Shown piece after piece: positions 1 through 8,728 of a stretch of 20,289 nt of DNA; the first letter of the stretch is position 1, and every line of letters begins with the position of its first letter. A program made the position numbers and the translations under genes. The notes beneath the pieces were generated by a model. It was not told the origin of the DNA, ran no database searches, and worked only from the letters and a program-made list of their open reading frames with translations. Origin of the DNA: Candidatus Odinarchaeia archaeon (GTDB taxonomy: Archaea; Asgardarchaeota; Odinarchaeia; Odinarchaeales; Odinarchaeaceae); NCBI GenBank assembly GCA_029856525.1, contig JAHQXC010000018.1, positions 1 to 20,289 on the forward strand. The letters are read 5' to 3'.

Positions 1-902
1 GTTTTAATGAATGATTCAGCTTGCTTTCTTCTTATATCTGTTAACTGGTCTAGCGGATAGTAGTCTTCAGCTTTATGAGAGAAATATTTAAGGTTTTGTA
101 TATAGTTTTTGAAGAGATTGAGGAGTTGAACTGATTCTTTCTCCGGTAAAAAAGGATGGGCTACATATAGGTATTCAGATGAATCTATGCTAGGCGGGTA
201 TATTTTTATGGTGTAAGCTCCGATATCATAGCATTCTATGAATTTATATAATTGTTTGGGTTGAGCTAGCGCCGGGGGTTCTCTAACCGGGATTATTTCA
301 AAATTAACCAGCTGTTCATATATTAATTCTAATGGTTTAATTTTCACCTCATAGGGGAGTTTTAAATATTGCTTTATTAGATTAGCCTGCTCTAGTTTTT
401 TTCTAATTTCAACCAGCTTTCTATAGAATTTTTTAAAGCATACGCCGCATTCTTTTCTCCGATTATACTTTAAATTTTCTAAGTTAAACACCAGTTCTAA
501 ATAATATTTTAACGGTTCTTCTAAAATTGAATTAAATGAAAAAGCGTTTCTTAAAAAACACGTTGGATCGGCGCAGGCTCCAGTTTCACGTAAACTTTTA
601 TATAAATCGTTGATATTTAACGAGTCTTTTAGACTTAAAATTTTATCATATAAATCGGTGATGGTTTTCTTGAATTCTTCTGGAATAATGAGGGTGGCGT
701 TTAGCAGTCTAACATGAATTTCAGACCAGTGTTTTTCCGAGAAAGCGATTATATTGAAGACTTTTTGAATAATTTTACCTATTGAGACTTCGTTTAGATC
801 GGTGCCTGCGAAGTCGTTGACTGAGAGGATTTTCTTCTCTGATTCCTCGCTAGTAGAGTATTCACTCGCATATTCGTTGAATCTCGTAGCTACACCCGTA
901 AA
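1..902 (-). CDS. Partial (runs off left edge) probable type IV pilus/type II secretion assembly ATPase, N-terminal region (FlaI/TadA/VirB11-like)
   Basis: Manually translated a stop-free frame from 902 to 1 (...EYASEYSTSEESEKKILSVNDFAG...CADPTC...KECGVCFKKFY...IECYDIGAYTIKIYPPSIDSSEYLYVAHPFLPEKE...). The YxIGAYTIKIY...YLYVAHP segment resembles the N-terminal domain of archaeal secretion ATPases. It lies downstream of a MinD/TadZ-like gene. Walker motifs are not in the window, so the product call is tentative. Confidence 0.55.
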
Positions 903-931
903 TTAGTTGAAAAGAAATTATAAAAAATCAG

Positions 932-1282
932 CTACCGACTGTTGTCATCTATGTTAAACCGTGTTTTCTCTGTTATTATTGAGAGCAGTTGTTCTAGTAG
1001 ACGTGTATTATTTTCTAAAATAGCGTTAAGCTCGTTTATTCTTTCTATTAGAGTCGGCTCGCGATTTTCGGCTGGGAGAGGATAGGTCCATGTAGACTGC
1101 TGGTCTGTTTCATTGAAGCCGACTTTCTCTAATAAAGATAACTTGAGAATAGTCTGCTTTACACGTGTCTCAGTGAAGCCTAGTTTAATCAGAATCCGTG
1201 TGATTTCTTCATCGCTTAACCCGCTTTCTTTAAAAACTAGTACTAGATCCTCGATAGTTTTTTTAACAGTCATTGACATCAT
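932..1282 (-). CDS. Hypothetical protein (N-terminal helical motif, C-terminal coiled coil)
   Basis: 116-aa ORF. Its ATG overlaps the TGA of the upstream MinD-like gene (ATGA at 1279-1282), indicating translational coupling. Confidence 0.75.
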   Translation of the reverse strand: MMSMTVKKTIEDLVLVFKESGLSDEEITRILIKLGFTETRVKQTILKLSLLEKVGFNETDQQSTWTYPLPAENREPTLIERINELNAILENNTRLLEQLLSIITEKTRFNIDDNSR

Positions 1283-1944
1283 CTCTTCAAAAATCTAGAA
1301 ATAAAATTTATGAGAGCAGGGTTCTCGCGTTTTTGAATCGGAATCGGTATTTCAAATAGCTGGTTTACTAATTTTAACAATGATATTACAACACCCGTCT
1401 TACCGGATATTTTTGAAACAGGTTCACCTAGCTGCTCGCTTTTAATAAAACTTTTATCATAGGGTATTTGATAGAGAACAGGGGCGCCGAGAATTTTTTC
1501 AACTATGTTTTTACTATATTCGCATTCCTCGCATTCTCCGACTTTATTCAATATTATTCCGATTTTAACATTTAAGCCACTCTCCTTAACGAGTCTTACT
1601 AGTCTCATATTTTTTATTAACGCTAATCGCAGAGGTGTGGTTACGATTAGAATATAATCAGCTTCTATTTCAAATGTGTTAAGTATAGGTGTATTCGCTA
1701 ATACGTATTCGACTCCACTCTCTCTCCATCTCTTTATTAGAGTTAAAGGATCTGAATCCCCTGGGTTGTTTATTAAAATCTGCCGGTTCAAGACTGCTGA
1801 TTTCAATAATTCAGCGGTCTTTTTACCGTTTAAATCTATAACGCCGACGCGCCTGCCTAGGGTTGAAAGCAAGTATGCTGTATTAGTTACAATCTGCGAG
1901 CAGCCTACGCCCCCTTGCGCTGATGTGAAACAAATAAGCTTCAT
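1279..1944 (-). CDS. MinD/ParA/TadZ(CpaE)-like protein with degenerate P-loop
   Basis: N-terminal SAQGGVGCS aligns with the MinD-family SGKGGVGKT. Also has VGVIDL, ILIVTTP, IILNKV and IPYD motifs typical of the MinD/ParA fold. Confidence 0.75.
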   Translation of the reverse strand: MKLICFTSAQGGVGCSQIVTNTAYLLSTLGRRVGVIDLNGKKTAELLKSAVLNRQILINNPGDSDPLTLIKRWRESGVEYVLANTPILNTFEIEADYILIVTTPLRLALIKNMRLVRLVKESGLNVKIGIILNKVGECEECEYSKNIVEKILGAPVLYQIPYDKSFIKSEQLGEPVSKISGKTGVVISLLKLVNQLFEIPIPIQKRENPALINFISRFLKR

Positions 1945-2013
1945 ATAAATCCGGTTATTTATATTAAGCGGTGTTTAAATAGGCAGCTCCAGATAAGCTA
2001 ACGGGTTAAAGAG

Positions 2014-2409
2014 ATGCATTTAACACTTGAGAAGGCTTTCAGCTTAACTCTTTCTCTTTCAATATGCATATTAATAGGGGTTCCTGTAGTTAATTTAGCG
2101 TTAAATACTCTACGCCAAGGAGAAAATTATCAAACAGCTTTCCTATTATTAAACCAGATGAATTACGCAGCGAAGCAAGCAATAGACAGCGGAGGGGTTT
2201 ATATCAGCAAGGTGACTATCACTGTAAACTTGACTCTTTGGAGTTTAGATAAAACCGTTTATTGTAAATATGGGGATGGCGCGGACTGTGTTTTAGAACA
2301 AACCTTTCCTTTAACCGTGGATTTAACCCCTCCTCCAGGCTTAGGGGAGTTTCTACTCGTTGTGTTATGTGACAGCGATATTTTAGTGATAAAATTTTTA
2401 GAGGCTTAA
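2014..2409 (+). CDS. Pilin-like protein with single N-terminal hydrophobic segment
   Basis: 131 aa with an N-terminal LTLE followed by a hydrophobic stretch, then an amphipathic helix and beta-rich region. Adjacent to a Tad-like locus. No clear prepilin cleavage site. Confidence 0.45.
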   Translation: MHLTLEKAFSLTLSLSICILIGVPVVNLALNTLRQGENYQTAFLLLNQMNYAAKQAIDSGGVYISKVTITVNLTLWSLDKTVYCKYGDGADCVLEQTFPLTVDLTPPPGLGEFLLVVLCDSDILVIKFLEA

Positions 2410-2412
2410 ACT

Positions 2413-2652
2413 TTGCTGGTTTTATTTCTAATAATGTTTTATATAATCTGGTTTTCAGGGATTATATTCTTCTCTATTAGCAGCGATATTGTAAGCTGTA
2501 TTTTACTCGGTTCAATATATGCTGTAACAATACCTGTTGCTTTAATTTTAGTTAGGGGGAGTGGTGTTTTAGAAGCTGTTACATGTATACTGGTGGCTAT
2601 TATAGTTATATTATTTATCCTCCAGTCTATTGTCTCCTTCACCTTGAGCTAG
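2413..2652 (+). CDS. Small integral membrane protein (about 3 TM)
   Basis: 79 aa, almost entirely hydrophobic. TTG start 8 nt after GAGG. Confidence 0.55.
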   Translation: MLVLFLIMFYIIWFSGIIFFSISSDIVSCILLGSIYAVTIPVALILVRGSGVLEAVTCILVAIIVILFILQSIVSFTLS

Positions 2653-3618
2653 GAGATTAAACTTGTTTATATGCTGGTAGTGGTCTCTTATACTGTATTC
2701 AGCTACACCTAATATAGAGGCTATCTCTTTCTGAGTGAGTAAAACAGGTCTCTTTTCCTCACAGGCTATAGAGCGTTCAGCTGCGTAAATAATTGAAGCT
2801 GCGAAAACATAGGGATTTCTCCCCCCGCGCTCGACTTTAGGTATTTTATTCAATAATTCTAAAGCCTTTAAATGAATTCTATGCCAGTATGAGTCTGGAG
2901 TCTGATGTGAGAGTTTAGCTTTTATAAAAGGGTTATTCGATAGTGTTGAAATCATTCTTGTCAGATAGTCTTCACTCTTTCTCACCTTCAGCGTGTAACC
3001 TAGATTAATTCTAAGTTTAAGCGCGGTCCTAGTTATTAACCGTTCATTCACTCTATGTCCTAGTTTCTGAAACGCTGCGCATACTTCTGTTAAAGTTAAG
3101 GGAGCTACGTGCTTCTGCTCTCTGATAGATAAAATAATGCATACCGCGATTAGTGAAACGTGGTTTACGATTTTAGCCTGGTATCTGTTTTTTATCTTTT
3201 TATAAAGATATGCAGCGTTATCTCTTACATACGGGGGGAGGTTAAGTATACTAGAGATCTGGTTGAGTATTCTAAGTATACGATACTCTGTTTGACGGCG
3301 AGTGTACCGGGCGTAAATATTCTGCGCGTTTTTTAATCTTCGAAGTTGGGTTCGCCGCTTCTCAGAGATCTTTTTTAATTTTAAATCTGAAAGTTTACGT
3401 GAATTATAATAGTCGATGTAGCTGCCTAACCCGTCCACTATATGGAGTCTTTCACCTAAAGCTCCTCTCGACTTAGAATTATTATTGTCTAATGCTTCTA
3501 AAGGTTCTTGAAATAATTGGTCGACAACTAAACCGCATAACGAGCATACGTATTCCCCGGTTGTTAACACAACATGGCCGCCGCATTCAGGGCATACGCT
3601 TTCAGTCATATCCAACAC
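2611..3618 (-). CDS. tfb: Transcription initiation factor IIB (TFB) paralog, divergent
   Basis: Zn ribbon CPECGG...YVCSLCGLV, two cyclin repeats and C-terminal HTH (TQKEIASILGV). Likely start is ATG at 3609 after GGTG. Confidence 0.9.
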   Translation of the reverse strand: MLDMTESVCPECGGHVVLTTGEYVCSLCGLVVDQLFQEPLEALDNNNSKSRGALGERLHIVDGLGSYIDYYNSRKLSDLKLKKISEKRRTQLRRLKNAQNIYARYTRRQTEYRILRILNQISSILNLPPYVRDNAAYLYKKIKNRYQAKIVNHVSLIAVCIILSIREQKHVAPLTLTEVCAAFQKLGHRVNERLITRTALKLRINLGYTLKVRKSEDYLTRMISTLSNNPFIKAKLSHQTPDSYWHRIHLKALELLNKIPKVERGGRNPYVFAASIIYAAERSIACEEKRPVLLTQKEIASILGVAEYSIRDHYQHINKFNLLAQGEGDNRLEDK

Positions 3619-3634
3619 CGAGAATTAAAACAAA

Positions 3635-3648
3635 CTTAACCTTTAAAA
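3635..3648 (-). promoter_or_regulatory. BRE/TATA promoter of tfb
   Basis: TTTTAAAGGTTAAG on the minus strand about 25 nt upstream of the gene. A near-identical motif precedes ftsZ. Confidence 0.5.
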
Positions 3649-3758
3649 CAGTGATATAAACGGAGTGTAGTCTTCACTGAAATAATAGATCGCATTAAAA
3701 TAGGTTCAAGATTAATTTTAATAGAGTGAAAAATAGGTTAGAGAGTCAGGTGAAAGTA

Positions 3759-4115
3759 TTATATTTTTTTAATAGAGAGGTATACGGTTTTTTTAAGACG
3801 GGGCTGGAAATAATTCTCAGGGAAGGTGAATTTTGAAAGCAGCCCTGAAAAAGATATGTAAATCGTGGTCGAGTTATCCGACGTCTCCGCGGCGTAGATT
3901 CTACCAACCATCTCGATATCAGTGTTTCTTTCTTCAGCTGGCTTAGAATAGTCTAATTCGATTTCGATATGATCATCCTTGTTAAAAGTATTCAGCCTTT
4001 TAGGCAGCTCACAGGTAAATATTTTATCCCGCGCCTCGGTTTCAGCTTCTAATTTCACTATCTTCTCGTTATCTGTAACGGAGATGTTTTTTATAATTGC
4101 GGTAAACCCCGCCAT
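3759..4115 (-). CDS. rpoG: DNA-directed RNA polymerase subunit G (Rpo8/RPB8 homolog)
   Basis: 118-aa OB-fold-like protein with YISFSGLL matching the RPB8/Rpo8 YxSFGGLL signature. GGGGGTG RBS 8 nt upstream. Confidence 0.8.
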   Translation of the reverse strand: MAGFTAIIKNISVTDNEKIVKLEAETEARDKIFTCELPKRLNTFNKDDHIEIELDYSKPAEERNTDIEMVGRIYAAETSDNSTTIYISFSGLLSKFTFPENYFQPRLKKTVYLSIKKI

Positions 4116-4197
4116 CCGCTTTACACCCCCAGTTTAGAAGAAGATTCGAAAATATAATTCATAGACTATAAAGTATTTACATACGCTTTTAAGCTTC

Positions 4198-4310
4198 ACT
4201 GAGGCTATCTAAGTGAGCCACACCCCTATCGGAAGAAGCTTGCTGGCATCTCTACCAGTAGAGGACCGTCTCAGCAAGCCTGGGGTGACCGTTCCAGCCC
4301 AGTATCTTTA
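4198..4310. ncRNA. Candidate structured non-coding RNA, family unknown
   Basis: 58% GC over 4201-4300 versus AT-rich flanks. Stems GCTTGCTG/CAGCAAGC, CTCTA/TAGAG, CACCCC/GGGGTG, CTGGG/CCCAG and GGCT/AGCC. Not recognisable as tRNA, 5S, SRP or RNase P RNA. Confidence 0.5.
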
Positions 4311-4533
4311 ACCTTTTTGATGATTTAAAACTATAAATATTTTTTCGCATTTAATCAACAGCTTTCGCGGGCTTTCCGACGATAAAGTTAAAAATTTTAA
4401 TTTTTTAAAATATTCGGTGTTAGAATATTGCAAAGATTTTAATATAATTAGTATTTAGTTTTACCAAAATATTATATTAATGTTTTATCTTCAGAGAATT
4501 ATCTAAAATTAAATGTTTATGGAGAGATAAGAA

Positions 4534-4965
4534 ATGTCGGAAAGTACGGCTGGTAGAAAATTTTTTAGAGAGCTGACTATGATTCTTGAATCACCGGTGT
4601 CAGTGAAAACATCGTCGAATAAAACATACACGGGAATTCTGAAAGGATACGATCCTAATACGCTCAGTATATGTCTAGCAGATGTTAAGGATGAAACAGG
4701 AGCACAGTATCATAAAGTTTTCTTATATGGGGGGAAGATTACAGAGCTCATTAAAACCGAGGAACCTTTCGATCTAGCTGGCTTAGCGAATGAGTTACAA
4801 AAATTATTCCCTCCAGGTGAAGTAAAATATATCGAAGACGCCCGTCTAATAACCGTTCTTAATAAGATAAAAGTGACTGAGAGCGGTGTTGAAGGAACCG
4901 GGCCGTTAGCGGAGAGAGTTAAGAAAGTGTTTGACGCATATTACAGTGAAAAACAAAAACAATAA
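4534..4965 (+). CDS. Sm-like archaeal protein with C-terminal extension (SmAP3 type)
   Basis: Sm1 motif (VSVKTSSNKTYTGILKGYDPNTLSICLADV) and Sm2-like KVFLYGGKITEL, plus a ~65-aa C-terminal domain giving 143 aa, as in SmAP3. Confidence 0.85.
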   Translation: MSESTAGRKFFRELTMILESPVSVKTSSNKTYTGILKGYDPNTLSICLADVKDETGAQYHKVFLYGGKITELIKTEEPFDLAGLANELQKLFPPGEVKYIEDARLITVLNKIKVTESGVEGTGPLAERVKKVFDAYYSEKQKQ

Positions 4966-5030
4966 TACAACTCTTTTTTATAATTGTTTTTTCTATTTCA
5001 ATAAAATTACTTACTATAGAAGGGGGAAGC

Positions 5031-6662
5031 ATGGTTTTTGAAATAGTTGAGAGGGATCTAATGGGTAGAATAGGGAGAATTAAAACGAAGTCAGGGGTCA
5101 TTGAAACCCCTGCTCTTCTCCCTGTAGTAAACCCTCTTAAATTAACTATACCCCCGAATATATTGCAAGCGAATTTTAAAGTTAACGCGATAATTACAAA
5201 CGCATATATCTTGAAGAAGAACTGTTATGATGAAGTTGTTTTGAAAGGGGTGCATAGGTTTCTCGATTTCAACGGACCTGTTATGACTGATTCAGGCGCC
5301 TACCAGCTTCTAGTCTACGGGGAGGTGGATACAACCCCGGAGGAGATAGTTAGATTCCAAGAGTTGATTAACTCCGATATATGCGTCTTTCTAGACGTGC
5401 CGACAGGCAGCGGGGTAAGTTATAAAATAGCACGTGAAACTGTCGAGGAGACGATAAGACGCGGCCGTGAATGCCTAGAGATGAAGAGTAAAGAAGATAT
5501 CTTATGGGTTGGTCCTATTCAAGGAGGAGAGTTTATTGATTTAGTAGAGGAGAGCGCGCGGCGGATGGGGCAACTACCCTTCGACATATATGCTATTGGA
5601 AGCCCGACTAAATTCTTAGAGCAGTATAATTATTCAAAAATTGTGGAGATGATAACAGCTGCTAAAAACAACCTCCCCTTGGATAAACCTGTTCACCTCT
5701 TTGGAGCGGGGCATCCGATGACGCTCGCTTTAGCTGTTGCCTTAGGCTGCGATATTTTCGATTCAGCTTCATATGCTCTTTACGCGGAAGGAGACCGGTA
5801 TATTACCCCTAATGGTACTGTAAGATTATCAGAATTAAAAGACACTGTTTGCACATGCCCTGTATGCTCCAAGTATAATCCTATTGAAATAATACAGATG
5901 GAGAAAGAGATGAGAGTTAAACTATTAGCTGAGCATAATTTACATGTTATTTTAAATGAAATAAACAATATTAAATATTCGATAAGAGAGGGGAGGCTCT
6001 GGGAGCATTTAGAATACGATTCTAGAAGCCACCCCGCGCTTTACGATGCGTTTAAGCTTTTAAAAAATTATCAAGATTATTTAGAAAAAGGAACGCCTAC
6101 CAGTAAAAAACGTGCATTATTATGGTTAAGCGATGAGACTGTTAACAGACCTGAAGTGAAAAGGCATTTAGCAAGGTTAATTGAAGTAGAAGTGCCCTGG
6201 CGGCCTAAAATTCTTATACTGGTACCTGAATCTAAAAATAAACCGTTTAACAAGTCAAAACTTCACAACCAGTTGTTAAATATTATATTAGCTAGAGAAG
6301 ATGTTTTGAAAAGTGTTCAGATCGCGGTTTTATCAAAAATGTTCGGGCTAATACCGGTAGAAATCGAGGAGTACTATCCTCTTTCACAATATTTAACGCC
6401 TTCAGGGATATCGGATACTCAACTGCGTTTAATAAAAGAGGCTTTAATCCAATTTATTAATAGGAATTGTTTTAAAAAAATAATTTTATTAAACGATGAA
6501 GCTCAGTATGGGAGTGCTCTAGTTGAATTTCTCTTAAATATAAGAGAGGAGAACAGGATTTTAGAAGTAGATGTATTCCAGCTTAACCGCTCTAACTATA
6601 TAACGCGAGAGGATTTAGTTAGATTAAAAACCACCCTTACAGCGGGTGTTGAAAAATGTTGA
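5031..6662 (+). CDS. tgtA: Archaeosine tRNA-guanine(15) transglycosylase
   Basis: MTDSGAYQL, GPIQGG, HLFGAGHP, DIFDSASY and Zn site CTCPVC...H motifs. Confidence 0.95.
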   Translation: MVFEIVERDLMGRIGRIKTKSGVIETPALLPVVNPLKLTIPPNILQANFKVNAIITNAYILKKNCYDEVVLKGVHRFLDFNGPVMTDSGAYQLLVYGEVDTTPEEIVRFQELINSDICVFLDVPTGSGVSYKIARETVEETIRRGRECLEMKSKEDILWVGPIQGGEFIDLVEESARRMGQLPFDIYAIGSPTKFLEQYNYSKIVEMITAAKNNLPLDKPVHLFGAGHPMTLALAVALGCDIFDSASYALYAEGDRYITPNGTVRLSELKDTVCTCPVCSKYNPIEIIQMEKEMRVKLLAEHNLHVILNEINNIKYSIREGRLWEHLEYDSRSHPALYDAFKLLKNYQDYLEKGTPTSKKRALLWLSDETVNRPEVKRHLARLIEVEVPWRPKILILVPESKNKPFNKSKLHNQLLNIILAREDVLKSVQIAVLSKMFGLIPVEIEEYYPLSQYLTPSGISDTQLRLIKEALIQFINRNCFKKIILLNDEAQYGSALVEFLLNIREENRILEVDVFQLNRSNYITREDLVRLKTTLTAGVEKC

Positions 6663-7288
6663 AGATAGATTTCCATGTTCATACATATTACTCTAAATGC
6701 GCGTTAAGTAGCCCTGAAGATATTTTAAAAACAGCTGTTAAAAAGAAATTAAACGGGTTAGCGGTAACAGACCACAACACCTGTAAAGGTTATTATAAGA
6801 TGAGAAAAATTAAAACAGAATTACTCATTATCCCCGGGGTTGAAATTAAAACCACTAGCGGTGATATAATCGGTTTAGGTGTAACAGGGGAGTTTAAAGA
6901 TGTGAAAACACCGGAGGCCACTATCGAAATTATTCATGACCTAGGGGGTTTAGCGCTTATCCCACACCCTTTTGATTATCTTCGAAACGGGATAGGCTTG
7001 AAAATAAAAGATTTAAAACCAGATTTAATCGAAGTGTATAACGCTGGTATGATGACGCCCTTCGGAAATAGACTCGCTCAGGAGTATGTGAAGCATACAA
7101 GTTACGGGGTAACTGCTGGAAGCGACGCGCATATAATAGGTGAGCTAGGGGCAGCGTACACTCTTGTAGAAGAGGGGAGTGTCGACGATATTCTATCCTC
7201 GCTGGTGAAGAATAGGAAAAAATATTTCGGCCGACTTTCCCCCATTCACTGGTTGCTTTTAAGAAAAATAAGAAGTAAAATTAGATGA
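6656..7288 (+). CDS. PHP-family metal-dependent phosphoesterase
   Basis: DFHVHTYYS, TDHN, GVEI, HPF and GSDAH motifs. Overlaps the tgtA stop. Confidence 0.9.
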   Translation: MLKIDFHVHTYYSKCALSSPEDILKTAVKKKLNGLAVTDHNTCKGYYKMRKIKTELLIIPGVEIKTTSGDIIGLGVTGEFKDVKTPEATIEIIHDLGGLALIPHPFDYLRNGIGLKIKDLKPDLIEVYNAGMMTPFGNRLAQEYVKHTSYGVTAGSDAHIIGELGAAYTLVEEGSVDDILSSLVKNRKKYFGRLSPIHWLLLRKIRSKIR

Positions 7289-8497
7289 TCAATCTATTTT
7301 ATCTATACCTAAATCAAGAAGTTCTATACTAGAAGCGTTATCAGCGAGCGTCGTAGAATAATCCGCGTGCTTTAACAAATAGTTTTTAGCTACGTCAGGT
7401 CTCTCTCTTCTCGAATTACCTAAAAGCTGCGGGCTTTTAACACCTGTTAATATTAACATAACTCTTAGAATACCGTTCAATTGAGGATCGACTCTAGCAC
7501 CCCAGATAACCATCGCGTTCGGATCCATTCTATCTGTGATAATTTTAGCAACGTAATTCGCTTCTTCTAATGTTAGATCCTCACCGCCGACTACGTGAAT
7601 TAACGCCCCGGTCGCCCCCTCATAGTCTACTTCTAATAGAGGTGTGTTAAGCGCATTCTTAACCGCGAGCTCTGCTCTAGACCTGCCGGCTAATTTTAAT
7701 TTACTAGCGTTTTGAGGTCTCGACGAGTTGATTAAAGAGCTTTCTGTGTTTTTCTCTAAAGAGGAGGCTTCTCCTAAACCTACTAGCGCCACACCGCCGT
7801 TGGTCATAATAGTTCTAACATCCGCATAGTCGAGGTTTATTAAACTAGGCAGTGTTATAGTCTCAGTTATCCCTTTAACCATGTTAGCTAAAACCTCGTC
7901 TGCTACACAGAAAGCTTTATCGATCGGTAGGTTAGGCGCTATTTCAAGTAACCGATTATTATCTATAACCACAACGGTGTCAGCGTATTTTTGAAGCTTC
8001 TCTAAGCCAACTCTAGCCTTTTCAATACGCGCTTTCTCAACATGGAAAGGCATCGTAACCACGCCTACAACTATCGCCCCACAGTCTTTAGCTATCTCCG
8101 CGATTATAGGCGCGCTACCGGTTCCAGTTCCACCACCCATACCTGCAGCGATGAAAACTAAGTCTGCGTCTTGAAGCGCGGCTTTTATCGCATCCCTACT
8201 TTCATCCGCTGCAGCGGCGCCGACCTCAGGGTATCCCCCCGCTCCGAGACCTCTCGTAATCATCTCACCGATCAAGATCTTCCGATGAGCTTTGATAAAA
8301 TCTAAATGCTGACGGTCGGTGTTAATAGCAATACACTCCGCGCCGTGGATTCCGAGAGTTAATAAACGGTTAATTGTATTATTACCGCCCCCGCCTGTTC
8401 CCACCACAACTATACGCGCGTTGCCTGCTTCTTTGACGGGGGTGGTTCTCTCTTCATATTTAGCATGCGCTAGAGCGTCTTCAATAAGAGACCTCAT
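7289..8497 (-). CDS. ftsZ: Cell division protein FtsZ (archaeal FtsZ2-like)
   Basis: GGGGNN, GLGAGG, tubulin signature GMGGGTGTG and T7 loop [21 protein letters not shown] and NTDRQHL are FtsZ2-type sequences. Confidence 0.97.
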   Translation of the reverse strand: MRSLIEDALAHAKYEERTTPVKEAGNARIVVVGTGGGGNNTINRLLTLGIHGAECIAINTDRQHLDFIKAHRKILIGEMITRGLGAGGYPEVGAAAADESRDAIKAALQDADLVFIAAGMGGGTGTGSAPIIAEIAKDCGAIVVGVVTMPFHVEKARIEKARVGLEKLQKYADTVVVIDNNRLLEIAPNLPIDKAFCVADEVLANMVKGITETITLPSLINLDYADVRTIMTNGGVALVGLGEASSLEKNTESSLINSSRPQNASKLKLAGRSRAELAVKNALNTPLLEVDYEGATGALIHVVGGEDLTLEEANYVAKIITDRMDPNAMVIWGARVDPQLNGILRVMLILTGVKSPQLLGNSRRERPDVAKNYLLKHADYSTTLADNASSIELLDLGIDKID

Positions 8498-8533
8498 ATT
8501 ACAGCCCCTTTTTTCTATTATATAATAAAACGA

Positions 8534-8548
8534 CTTAAACCTTTAAAA
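8534..8548 (-). promoter_or_regulatory. BRE/TATA promoter of ftsZ
   Basis: TTTTAAAGGTTTAAG on the minus strand, about 36 nt upstream of the ATG. Confidence 0.5.
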
Positions 8549-8728
8549 ACTTATTTCATTTTTAAGTCGACTTATCATTATTAATTTAAATATAAGACAT
8601 GGATCTATTTAAAATATAACGTTAAAAAATTAAACCGGCGACATTGAAATTGAAAAACATATTAAGAATTTAAAATAAACTAATTTAATGATAAATTAAA
8701 AAAGAAGAAGAGATGTTTTTTAACGAGA

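Noticed and set aside
790-935. BHB intron or read-through explaining the missing start of the left-edge ORF
   Set aside because: The stems GACTTCG/CGAAGTC and GTAGCT/AGCTAC do not give BHB geometry, and a T-rich terminator-like tract follows the upstream gene.
4248-4290. Resemblance of TGGCATCTCTACC to the HDV antigenomic ribozyme, and GCTGAGA to a TPP riboswitch
   Set aside because: The HDV P1/P2/P3 pairings and L3 loop cannot be built, and the TPP downstream consensus (ACCC..GAACCTGA) is absent.
7683-7766. FtsZ insertion as an in-frame BHB intron
   Set aside because: Local hairpins exist (AGACCT/AGGTCT, GCTAGT/ATTAGC), but I could not form a 3-4-3 bulge-helix-bulge with an exon stem.
3635-8548. 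Shared TTTTAAAGGTT(T)AAG upstream of tfb and ftsZ as a specific regulon motif
   Set aside because: Position and sequence fit the generic BRE-TATA core promoter.
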